This document shows, piece by piece, positions 51,390-64,000 of a stretch of DNA of 64,000 nt. The stretch is from Botryllus schlosseri (Eukaryota). The notes under the pieces are model-generated. The model saw only the letters and a program-made list of their open reading frames with translations. It made no database searches and was not told the DNA's origin. Position numbers and translations under genes: made by a program. The stretch lies in contig CM119371.1 in the NCBI GenBank assembly GCA_051294905.1, positions 12,154,001-12,218,000 on the forward strand. The letters are read 5' to 3'. Within the stretch, counting starts at the first letter, position 1, and every line of letters starts with the position of its first letter.

Positions 51390-52155
51390 CGCTCCTCGTG
51401 TTCATTGTATTGTTGCTGTTCGCTCTCATCGCCGTCTGTTGGAATGTGCTGAAGCGCTCCAGCCGCGCTTGCTATCCGATTCAGCCTTCGTTCTCTGCCG
51501 GGACGCTGGGTTCGATCCCGAGCGGGCTGATGCACGGATTTCAGCAACCGTTGGGCCTGAGGTATGGCTCGGGCACGTTCGGACGCAGTGAGTATCCGCC
51601 CAACTTTAGCGACGCGATGAGCAGCAAAGGAAGCGTACGTAGCTCATCCAGCAACGCAACCAGCAGAGATAAACAGCGGGAAAGGCTTCATCTGTCTTTC
51701 ACGTCGGGCGGGGCGATTTACTCTGCTGGTTCTGGGCGTCAAAACTCAAAGAGAACAAGGATATCTCTCGCTGAGCTCGCTAAGCAGCAAACGCCCACGA
51801 GCGAACGGAATATGGGCTCCAAAAAGCCGTCGACGTCTTCTCTTCTATCATCTACATCTTCGACAACCGGTATCACGGCTGTTCCCAGCGTGGTTCAGCC
51901 ACTCCCTCCTATCCTGCCGGAGCTTCCCCCTGGATTGGCAATTAGCGGAATGTCGAATGCTAAAAGAAATGCGAGTCGAAACACCGGTCTTACTTCTGAT
52001 GGGGATGATATAAACTCTCCAAATAGGGACCACATTCGAGCACGTTACGACAGTGTAAGCGGTCGACCTGCAGACAGACCATATGCGTGCGAAGATGGAA
52101 ATGATAACCGAACCAGTCGACTGAGGGGATCGCCTGGTGGGACAGGAAGGTCGAG
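51390..52155 (+). CDS. Membrane protein exon: TM helix and proximal cytoplasmic tail
   Basis: Acceptor ttatacttacag; LLVFIVLLLFALIAVCWNVLKR; Ser-rich and PLPPILPELPP segments; donor AG|gtaagc in phase 2; GC-richer than its flanks. Confidence 0.85.
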
Positions 52156-53098
52156 GTAAGCATGAATACACTCACCGTTTCAGAAAACTTTGTGAGTTTT
52201 CAGATCATAAATGCATAGGAATAAAAGCAGTCATTGTTGGCAATGAAATAGGAGTGTTAGTAAAGCGGTAAATTGATAGGTAATTACAAGTAGAGGTCGT
52301 TAATTCGGAGACGTCGAATATATTTCCATTAAACCAACCAGTTCAGCGGCAGACAACGTACAGCCCCCACGGGCACGCACCTGGATTTTAAGGTGCCCGT
52401 GGACAGATTCTGGTCTTACACGACAACGTGACCCGCTGCCCACGGACTGCCGCAATGCCACGGACCGCCGCAATGCCACGATACTTGTTTGCCACGTAAA
52501 GTAGTGACTATATACGTCACTGAGTAATTCCAAGATTGCCAACCTAAATAAGATGGCTATGAAACTGCTTGATCTGTTTGGCGCCTAGATATATTTTCGA
52601 CCATGGGCATTAACAAGCCAAAGCTGCGTTCCAATATAACTGATGTTCACATGCACTCGTGCAGTCGTTACTAAGGGTCGACAAACTTGCAGCATGAGTT
52701 GAAAGAACTTTTCGACAGCTTTTGTGTCTTTGAATTGAATTGAAGTACCCTACGTTAATGAATACATTGAATACTGTTTTGGTCTCGCTGCATTACGCTT
52801 GAAGCTTACAATAAATACCATATATTCCGTTCATAGGTGGACGAATCCGCGATTAATGTATCGAGTCAGGAATTCAGCCAGTCAAGAACTGAATTTCTCC
52901 ATATCATACTTTCCCAAAATAGATAAGTTTCCCGCCCTTAAACTAGCTATAAGTTTACATTGGACTAATCAACTGGCTTTTCTTCTTACCGCGAAAAGCA
53001 AATGCAGATTAGATGCGACGTAGGCCTAGGCTATTTCATGCCTTGTTTTGAATATTCGATTTCAGACTAAATCCCGAATACATTCCATCACATTAGCT

Positions 53099-54321
53099 CA
53101 GGGGTTCTCAACTTCTCTTATACCACGGGCTGCATTTTAACAGTAAAAGACGCTGCGGGCGCAGAACATTATTACCATGTATTTGTGGGCTACCATTAAA
53201 TATAGGCTACCGTAGCCCATTTACCAGTCGTATACAGGCCGGTATATGCACCTTTGAACTCTTCTAACAGAGAACCAAACTCTCTGTTTAAAAGCGGAAT
53301 AGAGATGCCATTATCACATTGAGCTCTCAGTGATATGAGAAGAAATCTGGCGTTCGGGGTCATTTCTGAGCAAACCGATCAACCCTTCTCCTTTCATTCC
53401 ATGGCGTGGGCCCTGCCCCATTAATTACATAAGTTAGCTTTGTCAACTTGATGTTTTTCGCTAGTCCCCCTTTCACGTTGGCTCAGCCTGCATTTTCTCT
53501 ACAAATATGTCCATTCTGACATAATGCACCCAGATAATTAGCTATACAAAGGCTGTAGAGTCGGTGAATTCATCCAATACTAGGATAAAGTAGTCTACGT
53601 GACAACGTGTTTCAGAACATGCGATAAAAGATTGACTGACATTGCTGTTACTCATGGTTGAATCTGACAGCTGTAGCTTCGACATGTCAGGTTATGTTGT
53701 CATAGTTGCTAAGTTCCGGAAATATCAAATACTCGCAGAGTTTTATTGAAATCACACCTTCTCTAGCAAATTTCTTGGGTTCAGCGATATTCCCAGCAAT
53801 TTGGGACGATGTTTCTGCCACGCCGTCGGCAATTTTACATTGCCTCAAAATATGGATTACTGGGCTTGACACCTAGCTAGCAACGTTATTTATAAGATCG
53901 GTCGATATAAATAACTCCAGAAGAAACTGTCGTATTTTAAGCTTCTACGCTTCGTTACGACTTACGAAAACTGTTCTTCGAAAAACTGTTCTTCCACAAG
54001 TATGACACAACCGTCTTCAATTTATATCTGAGAAAGCAAACCCTCTTTAAAAATGTACTACGTAGCGGGATTGTCGTGAACCAGAGTCCAACCGAATACA
54101 GATTCAAAACAATAACAAGCAAATATCAAGAGATCAGAACACATCAAAAATGATTAATCAAACGAACTAGAGACGGTGCGATAAGAGAGCTAAGCAGCTA
54201 AATTAATATCCAACAATACCTTGTCAGAAATAATTGCGTTCATAATGAAAGATGTCGCGGGCCGCAAAATAAACGTGAGCGGGCCGCATGTGGCCCGCGG
54301 GCCGCGGGTTGAGAACCCCTG
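53099..54321. mobile_element. hAT-type element in the membrane-protein intron
   Basis: TIR CAGGGGTTCTCAAC...GTTGAGAACCCCTG; attagct on both flanks. Confidence 0.8.
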
Positions 54322-55052
54322 ATTAGCTAATAGTAGAAGTTCGTGATATTTATACTATTTCTTCAAAGTGAGAATACCAGCATATTATCTTACAATAGCT
54401 TTTTTGTGGAGTTGGCCAAATCAGTCAGCGTAGCAACTCATCCAGAGGTAGTAAGGAAGCCGTAATGTTTTGATCAATAACAAGTATAAGTAGCAATTCT
54501 CAGGCCGTTATATACAATTCCAGCGAACGTAGAGAACGTAGTAAACGAAAGGCCCGGAGAGTATTCAAGTATGTCCGAAAAGTAGATTTGGACTAAGGTA
54601 GCATACTTTTGGCATGTTATCTTAGCGACTAGGATAAAATAATTTATGACCACAAGTACGATACCGCATGGTGTCTCCACCACACCACAAACAGGTAAGA
54701 TCTTTGAAATGATATTCAGTGACTGTGAAACGGGGCTTAAGTCACGCGATGTTGTGACAATGTCTATCACAAAAGTGTTCTGAACTCAAAACTAAACTAC
54801 TGCTCTAGAAGTACTGGGAATAATATAAAACAAACCACTTGAGTAAATATTGCGAATAAGCTAAACCTACGTTAGTGTCCGAATAATGTACTTCGTTGCT
54901 GATCGCCTTTGCTCATTTGTCGACGGTATAGGAAAATAAATCCAAACTACAGTGCCTGCTTACGAAAGGGTTTGGTGGAGGACCTTTGCATACCGGACTC
55001 GCACTGACAGAACTATCAATTACACAGTTTAATCGATTATGTACTTTTGCAG

Positions 55053-55719
55053 CACCGGACGTCATAACGACCAGTATCCTCACGAGCGAAACGGCATTGA
55101 GAGTATCCGCGGCGAAGTTGTTGCTCCGACAGAGAATGAGTATTGGAGTGTAGCGAGAGAGGGCGAGTCACTCGCAATGCCGATGACCTCACCTATGAAG
55201 AGTTACAACCCAGCATGCAGTCGTGTTGCTACTGATTCCAAAAATCGACTGAACTCAGATCGGTCTACAAATTCCACGGATAATGAAATAACCGAGTCCA
55301 ACGATAGAGTGTTGCATAACAACGAACCCGATGCCATTATCATGGGTGCAGAGAGTAATGTTAACGATGCGAATACTGTATTGAGCCACCGGGTAAATAC
55401 AGGCGACTTTGAAATTGGTCAAGACGAATGCTTTGAAGAGCCTGTATATAATTCTATCGATCCAGCTGCCGCTGATCTTCCAAGCCGAGTTGCATGTAAT
55501 TTAGATCAGCAAGAAGGCGAATACGATCACTTGTACAAGGATTCCAAAGGTGGAATATCCCCAAGAAGCCATCAACCGTCTGCAACGCTACAGATCAAGG
55601 GCGACAGTGCAGCCCGGAGGCACCATGACTACGAGAGCATTGAGTTAGGGGACGATGCGCAACGCAAGGATCGAGATTGTGTTTCGAAAGATACTGAAGT
55701 CTCGCAAGGTGTCGCTTGA
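55053..55719 (+). CDS. Membrane protein terminal exon: acidic tail with tyrosine motifs
   Basis: Acceptor gtacttttgcag in phase 2 matching the 52155 donor; EYWSV, VYNSI, EYDHL, DYESI; stop TGA; AATAAA at 55843. Confidence 0.85.
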
Positions 55720-55842
55720 GGGACATCGTATATTTTGACGCCTGAAAGATTATTGTCATCTCGGAGAAACTTGTTCGCTTTGCTGAACCGTCATAGTGGC
55801 GAACTGGATGTAGGGACCGCTCGCATTGTATGAAGCAGGTCA

Positions 55843-55848
55843 AATAAA
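55843..55848 (+). promoter_or_regulatory. Possible polyadenylation signal
   Basis: AATAAA about 125 nt after the stop codon of the terminal exon. Confidence 0.35.
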
Positions 55849-56674
55849 ACTACTAATGGACGACAACGTAAAAAGACAACAGATTTTCAGCGCGTCCGTG
55901 AATTCCGGATTACTCTGAAGTGTGTTGCTCATTAATCAGTGAATATTATCACCCAATGACCTGATGATGATGAAAATTGCAAATTTTCCCAGCAAAGTTA
56001 CAGTTATAGTCACACTCACGAAGAGTTCAGAACAGCGCGGGCTTGTAACGTTATTAGCCTGGCGGTAAATATCCTATTGTAAGTACTCGTCAAGTTACCC
56101 ATCCCAACGGAAATTACCGCTTATCTAGTTTCCAGTAGCGGAGTTTTCTTTTACCCAATATCCGTTACTACCGACTACAGCGTCGCGACGTGAACTGTGA
56201 ATTTCGCGATATTTATCATCGCAACACACTAGGTCGTGAAAAACTTGTGTATACGCCACATTTACGTAGCTATAAAAGATACGCGTAGCAGCCCCACCGG
56301 GATGTTGATAAAGTGACGATACTAAAAAGTTACCAATACAGGATGCTATCAATCATTTGTAGCGATAAAGCACTGGTACGCCTCATGGGTATTCATGGCG
56401 TTAACGGGCGGTCAGCTCGTTTATAGTTTAATGATAGATGTATTTATACGCCCAGTGTATCAACATATATTATTCATGACATGTGATCCATGAGATGTGA
56501 TCCATAATCGGAACTGCCGCCTAACCCGTCACTAAACGAAATAGTTTACAGTTCATATTGACGAAGTCGTAAATCTCACAACGCTAAATGTCATACCAAT
56601 AATGTTTCTCTTTCGTTCATCGCTTGTTTTTCCGCCTTTACCAGGGCTTTTATCATCAAGGCACTATAGGCAAG

Positions 56675-58050
56675 TGTCGAGATAACATAGTGGTGTAATC
56701 CACAGCGGCAACACCAATGGGCTATGAGGTCGGCTCCAGAATTCATATCCAAGTGTTGGAGGTTTATCTATAGCAGTGATTCTCAACCGGGGGTCCACGA
56801 AGCATTTTCAGGGGGTCCGCGAAACCTCGAAAATTGCAAAATGACTGATGTCCATAACATAGCCTTTTCATATTACGAAAATCAAGAAGCAGTTTCGCTT
56901 CTAAACTGGTAATGCTTCAGTAAGCACATCAACAGAATGTCCGTATGAAACTAAATATCCTACTGTGTAAACTCATTTTAATTGCCAAATTGACAATAGC
57001 CTACTGAAAATTGTTATGTTTTTGATCTTGTTAGAGCAATAACTCATACGACGAGGTTGCAATATGAAATCAGTATATTATCAGCAGAATAACTTTAAGG
57101 CAGCGACACGGTCCAGAGTACAGTTAAACGAAAAAAAAATAGACAACAGAACACAGGGTATAAATACGAAGCACGACACACGAGGAAATAATGATTTGCG
57201 GTAATTACTAATCCTAGACTAATACCAACGTAAAGTGGACGAACATAAGAAAAATATATTGCTGTTTAAAGATGTTTTGTTAAGGTTTGTTGAAAACAAC
57301 TTTTTCCTGGTCTGTTTCAAAAAAGGGATTGAAACCTATTCACAGAATCCATTTTCTCATGTGATATACATAACCACTACATAACCACTATTTCAGAATA
57401 TCTTGAAGTTGAGCTGCTATATAGAAATGACTAGTATGGAAGTGATAATTTCATTGATAAATCCGTTTCTCAATTTTGGTGTCATATATGTTGCAATCGT
57501 GCTCAAAGGTGTCGTCGGAAGCGCCAGTTGTCGTCGGAAGGGTTAGGCGCCGCCACATACCTTTGTCGAAATGGAATATAGGCACTCGTTCATAACAAAT
57601 CGAAGGCGTGAATTTTCAAGACACAACCACATATTTCAAGAAATTAGAAATTCAGCTGCAAAAGTCTTTTCGAAATAAAAAATCCACCCAGTTTCTACAT
57701 ATAGTAAGATATTATTCAAGAACGGTCATTTTGTTGCTGTTTATCACTAGCCTTGAGTTGATATTTGCGCAAAAAAGATGACGGTTGCACGACAATTGAG
57801 ATAAATGTAAACTAAAGACTTCGGGGGGTCCGCGAGGTCCATCACGGACCAAAAGGGGTCCACGAAGACAAAAATTTGAGAACCACTGATCTATAGGCTC
57901 ATCCTTTCCATATCATCGGCGTAAGCGGTGTCTTAAAAGGCCTAGAAGTGGGCCGCGCAACAAGTCGGCAACTATGGAATCGAAACACGAAATATCGGCC
58001 AGGTGTAAATGACCATTGTAGTGGACAAACATCATTAATACCACAGACAA
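56675..58050 (+). mobile_element. tRNA-derived SINE split by a hAT element
   Basis: 5' part 56675-56773 and 3' part 57889-58050 rejoin to match 8057-8320. Confidence 0.7.
56774..57888. mobile_element. hAT (Buster/Charlie-like) element
   Basis: CAGTGATTCTCAA...TTGAGAACCACTG; perfect TSD ATCTATAG. Confidence 0.9.
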
Positions 58051-58365
58051 CATGTCACAATAGGTCAATTTCCAATCGTACTCCTAATCAATGGTGCAAC
58101 CAGGAGGCGAGACGAGGCTATGCGCTCACAATTCTTCCCCAAGCATCATAATATCATCCACGATCACAATTTAGGTCAACATGAGTATGTATGGTCACGT
58201 GATTGTTAAATTCCACGCCCAACATTCTCTTTCGTTTCTCCCAATTTTTAATCCTAGCTAACCCCATGCTTCCAAAGGGCGCAAAGTTTCTTTCAGTGTC
58301 GCGTGGTCAATAGCTAGCTATGGTCATTGGTCACAACGTTGTATGTGCAATTATTCCGCTGGGTC

Positions 58366-58899
58366 CAGGGTTGTAATGACTCGTGTCATGACTCGACTCG
58401 AGTCCGACTCGAGTCACGATTTTCTGATGACTCGACTTGCGTCGCGACATTGCGTCGCGACATTGCGAGTGACTCGAACCAAGTCATATAACTCGAGACT
58501 CAGACGGCCAATGCCGACATTTTATTGTAACTTCGAAGAATAGTAAAGAAACCACACTATTGAGAATTCATCTATCGATACTGGTACTTGAAAATTCTAC
58601 AAGAAACTGCTAAAAGTGAGCAACATTAGCATATTATAAATGCGAACCATTCGATATCACCAAACAGAGTTATCAAAAGTGGGATAACAAGACTTAAACT
58701 GGAAAATGAGAAGTCAACACTATGACTTAGACTCGGACTCGAGTCATTATACCATGACTCGGACTTGATACTCTGCTCGATGACTTGGACTCGAACTTGA
58801 CTCGGTAGTAAATTGAAATGACTCGACTTGACTCGAGTCAAAGCTTAAAATGGGAGATTGACTTGTGACTCGGAGCCTTGTGACTTGGTTACAACCCTA
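58366..58899. mobile_element. hAT-type MITE with GACTC repeats
   Basis: CAGGGTTGTAA...TTACAACCCTA; perfect TSD GCTGGGTC. Confidence 0.9.
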
Positions 58900-61800
58900 G
58901 CTGGGTCTAGCCTTGAGAAAGTGCAAAATTACGTACGATATTTCGCATATGATACCACTCAAGCGGTCATTAGTTTTCTTCTGTACAGTGCTTTATAGTG
59001 ACTCGATTACGCCATTGAAATATGAACGAATATGATATTTGTGATGAATGAAAAGTGCCCTTGTCATGTGTTCAAATGGTAATTAGTGATGGGAAAATTC
59101 AGGCGTGGTAGTCCTACGGTTAATTTAGTAATATGTGTGATCAGAACAGATAAGCGCACAGCGGACTGTGTAAAGGTGTAAAATAAAAATTCGTTTAACT
59201 CCTCTCTTCATACTCACCGATTGTAGATAAGATACAAATACGCATAACACATGACATAATATTTGCATTTAATTTCATTATCCACTCAAAATATAGACCA
59301 GGATGTGAAGATTAAGAGCGATACAGTAAGGTTGAACAAAAGTCATATAATGGGTATTATGAAATTGAGTGGGGATCTGCGTCAGCGAAGTCACGAAGCA
59401 TCTGGATCGTTATACCACAATGCGAGTGGTTCTAGAGCATGGGCTATCAACCGATTCTTATCTCCACGAACAAAGCAGCAATTACAATAGTATCAGAGCA
59501 AAAAAGCCATATCATTTTAAACGAATTTATAATTACTAATTATTGTATTATCACGGTTATTGTGTGCTGTATTTACATCATTTTATAGTTTTAACTACCA
59601 GTTACTGTATAAAAATGGTGTTTATTAATTTTTCAAAATTTTGAAAAATAAGGGTGGGACATAGATTTTCTGAAAAATAACCGAAGGGGGCCGCGGTGTA
59701 AAACAGTTTGAGTACCGCTGATCTAGAAAAATGACAAATGCAGTCTCATGACACTCCGCTATAGAGCCCGACTGATATAGTATTTTCTGAGCCAAAACCA
59801 ATAAAACTAGCACCTTCACCGATAACAGCGATATATTCCGCTATGGTTGTAACCATGTCACAAGGTTCCGATGCACATTTCAATCCCACTTTTATGGTTT
59901 TGAATCGAGTCAAGTCGAGAATAGCAGAAACGATGTTTATTAATAGGCCTACTTAATACTCGTAGAGTCAAGGGTGGTGATTGGCTTGATAAACAGCACA
60001 TCTTCGTTTCGACATCTTCCTGTTCATCGCACTGTACAGTTCTGGGTTTAAGTATTTATTCCTAACCTACGGATAGATGCGCAGCTTCGATACCCAGAGA
60101 GGTCTACTGATGACGCTGCTAAAAGCAGCATAATCGGTAGCCCTATAGCTAGCGACGCGAGCGCTCATATTTAATAATACTAGTCTTAATCGAAAGTGTA
60201 GCACTGATTCCGAAAATACGGCCAGGGCGATGAGGCCACCCCTAAATAGCCCTCCAGGTCTGTAAATCGGCATTGTGTCGAACAATCGCTTGACGCAATT
60301 GGCCATGGTTCTGGTCGTTGTGTAGCGGCACTCCGATTGGTCGGAACAATCGGCTTTGACGGCTATTTCAGTGCTGGTCTCTTGCCATTGCAAAATTTTA
60401 ATATGCATATGCAAAATTGGTGTGATAGTAGCTTTCGATTAACACCAGTATTATAGCATTTGAGCGCCCTGGTCGCCAGCTATAGGCCTACTAATTACGC
60501 TGCTTTTAGTCGGTTCAATAGCAGTCCTCTCTTGGTATCCGGTTAGTCGGTTGGTAATCTGTAGTTTAGGCGGTCAAAATAATAACCGCATATTGTATTG
60601 TAAAACATGTTTACTCGTGTGACAATTCAATTGTAGTACTTCATAAGCATTTGAATTTATAAATGCTTCCGCACAGCGAATGATCAGCCAGGTACTTTCT
60701 AGTGTTTATATGTGGGTTGTGTTAAATATTTCGTTACCGAATATGCTATTTGCATGTGCTGCTTACCTAGACTTCCAAGAAGTTACCGTTTTTGGTCCAT
60801 AATAACTGATCTACTGAGTCAATGCGTATTCAAGACTAGTTTTCAGTTCAAGTGAGAACTTTTGTCTAATACGCGAAATAGAAACTCACTGAACCGATGC
60901 TTTGACAAGAGGTTTTTGTAACATACTGTGTATCTCTCTTGCGGTGATGAACACGGTGCTAAATCAGATCATAAGTGTTGCCTTTATAGGTCTAATCCCG
61001 CGAAAATAATTGAAGTTGCTAGACAATCAGGTGATTATTATGATCGGACATTTTATGTGCCGCATCTTTTCGAGACATTCTATCGCATTTTCATGGTGTC
61101 AAATAAATGTCGCGCTTTGAAATTTCTTGTATGTCAGTCAGACCTCACAACATTAAATTACGTGGTATCTGTAGAATATGTGCGCTATCACATGCTGTCA
61201 CGAATCAGTTCCAGTATTGAATTGAATAAATATTCTATCAATCACAGAAGGAAATTACGCCCAGGAATATCGGTCACATGCAGGAACACTGTGTCAGATT
61301 CCTCATGCTTGTTACAGCTATTCGTATATTGTGAATTCGTTTACACCACACAATAATTGTTGATGGATTGTACCATGCGTATATTCATCAATTAAATGAG
61401 CCGTGATCACTCATTGTCACGTACAATACACCTCATGAAATGAGGGTCTAATTACTAACTGCGATTATCGACTGTGTAATATATTGCAACAATGCACGGA
61501 GCTCATGGTCGGTTCTGTTGAACATAAACTGGAAACTGAAACACATTTCAATTGAATTACACTTCTCTCCATTCGGAAGGTTTTGATTAGGTCGTAACTT
61601 TATTTTGACCCAATCTGTGGGTGTCCTATCGTTGGAGAATAGTGAATAACTAGTAAGCCTCTACTTGCGTTAATTAGTCTTTGTAATCTTAGTGTAGATT
61701 ATGACACTCATCGGATGATGTCCGCTGTAGTGCGGTTTATCGTGTTTAGAGTCGTGTCTCAGAACGAACGAGTTGTGGTAATTCAGCTTCTACACTCATA

Positions 61801-64000
61801 TAAGTTGGAAAATGTATTCATATTGAGGTATAACCAATTGTGTTCGACTGCCACTCGTGAGGGATGATCTTCAGTAACTAGTAGAGAAGTGAAAAGGACA
61901 TGGCATATCAAATATTATAAAATGTAGCGTCACATGCATGGAAATTCCTATATTCGAGGCTAACAGATGAAATAAACTCAATGTTTTATTTCTAGTTTAT
62001 ACACAAACTCCTTCTGTTGACACAAACCGGGTTGGCGTATTTGGATAATAGTATATTGTCAGGCACACAAATTAAAATATGATCGGCCTCTTCCGACAAC
62101 GCGAAATCGGTCGTCTCGATAACTTTTCGCATATTCAAATGGTTGCCAATGGATGAACTCGTGGCCGTTGTCTTTTTTGACTCAAGTTTCAACGATGACA
62201 CACAGGAACATATATTCAAATATCTATTTATCTCCTGTAACTCAAAGAGTCTCTTCATATAAGTTGGTTTAAAACTGTGAAATGCAGATAATGCACATAT
62301 GCATATAATTTCATTCACTTAATGATGATTATGTGTAGCATTTGCTGGCGTGATAATACGCATTTGTTCTCTAACGCAGTGTTGAATTATTTTTCCTCGC
62401 TGTATCCTGACGCAATCCGCTGATCTATTACGAATCATAAATGTCAAATGTATATGTATGCCTATTGCCTAGCGACGAATTGATAATCCACATTATATTA
62501 TAAGGAAATGGTAATCACGCACAGGGTGCGGGCAAGCGATAATAGAATGCGTTTTGGCGAACGGTAAGTGCAGGATGATTCGAACACCTGTCTGAATTGC
62601 TATCATTAAATGTAATATTGTGATTTCGCCAACGGGGCCTCTGCCTGATTTAAAGATATTGCTTTTCGTATCAGTCTGAGATAAAAATACGGGTTGCAGC
62701 TTGGTGTTATTAATATCGAAGTAGGCTACTTCAATTTTCATGAGTACATGAATAGATCATGATGTTTGCATTATCAGATCTTCATATCGTAAACGTGGAT
62801 TGATCATATTTTGCGCTCAAGATATTGAATTTCTCGCGAAATTGCCTTACGAGCAGCAGGTATTTTTTCGCAACAGAAACGACCATATATCCCCAATACG
62901 CCATAGGATATGATAAACCCAATTGAATTCAACTCGCAGTCATTTTTATCTACATTGCAACCATATCGAGTTGGCAATTTTTACGCCACATCTGTTTCCA
63001 CTATTGATAGTTTGCTGATCATAATATTTACACTTGCATTCATGAGCGCATTTTTGACGACGCGGCTTGTGCGCGCGTCGCGACAGAATATTTTCAAACA
63101 ACGGGAATGATGCATACAAGACTTTTACCAGCAGAAGTTTACTTGACTATTTTCAGCATATCAACCAAAATAGAGTTTACGTTTGGTGTCACGCCAAAGA
63201 CGATAATATCGGCAAAGAAGTGCACCGTTGATGGCCTACTTAATAAAACGACTCTCCGACGTATAAACACAGTTCTGTCATGGTACCAGATAATTGATTT
63301 TATTGCGACTCAAGTCAGCTCTGTCACGATACCGGATAATGAATTTAAGTTATACCTAAAGAAATACATATTCCGGTAGACGGCAATGCTCAAAATATCG
63401 TTATCAAGATAAAATATTTGCACTCATAATTAGTCATTTGAGTTATCTCGGAAAGTATTTCCCTCGAGTCATCTGCTGCGTATTTCTCGGAAGATTATGT
63501 CTCTTGAGCAATTATCGCACAGCCAGCAAATCGACTTGTAAATCGAGAAATAACATTCTCATTTACGCAATGGAATGGCGCTGAGTGCCAGAAATGTTAT
63601 TTGGGTAAATATACAAGACGAAGGAACGATTCTTATACTCTTATACTATGCGAATGTATACATTACGTAATTGCAAGTGGTCGTAATAAATAGAGAATTC
63701 AGTTAGGCGTCAAATATTCTCGGTTCACATGGAAATTGCCAACCAAATTTCTCACGCGCAATAGTTAGGTCTGTACACAATGATTCAGTCCGGTGATAAG
63801 AGTATATTTATTCGAGTAACAAACATATGCTCCTTCCTACCACATTTTAACAACGAAAAATATAGCTAATATTTCTAATACATTATTTCCTCCATCTCAG
63901 CGTCGAAATGCATGCTGCACAAGTTTACGAAAATTCACGGAACAACAATTCCGTCATGTAGTGATCGAGCTTCACAATGGTCACAACGCGCAACTGAATG

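Overview
AT-rich, spliceosomal-intron-containing, transposon-saturated animal DNA. It looks like an invertebrate, possibly a tunicate, but the taxon cannot be proven from the sequence. Two host genes can be rebuilt by hand from splice sites and exon phases. (1) A minus-strand NLR-like gene: a MAEGG start exon (21266-21341), a large NACHT exon (12888-14330) and an HD2/first-LRR exon (376-683), giving 609 phase-compatible codons. It has no recognisable N-terminal death-fold domain, a polybasic pre-NACHT segment and a DGLDQ Walker B variant. (2) A plus-strand single-pass membrane protein (exons between 48861 and 55719, 5' end not found) with a Ser/Thr-rich stalk and a long cytoplasmic tail carrying five YxxPhi motifs. 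Most of the remainder is nested mobile DNA: many non-autonomous hAT-type elements with readable 8-bp target-site duplications (TSDs), a piggyBac-type element (TTAA), a Chapaev3-type element (TAA), pogo-like and CR1-group fragments, a tRNA-derived SINE family, and a decayed I-group LINE (gag-APE-RT-RNase H) with a tRNA-like A/B-box module at its 5' end. The most unusual structure is a MITE inserted backwards into a copy of itself, creating a ~1.2-kb-arm palindrome inside the NLR intron. No CRISPR, rRNA or intact tRNA gene was seen. All coordinates were read by eye and no database search was possible.
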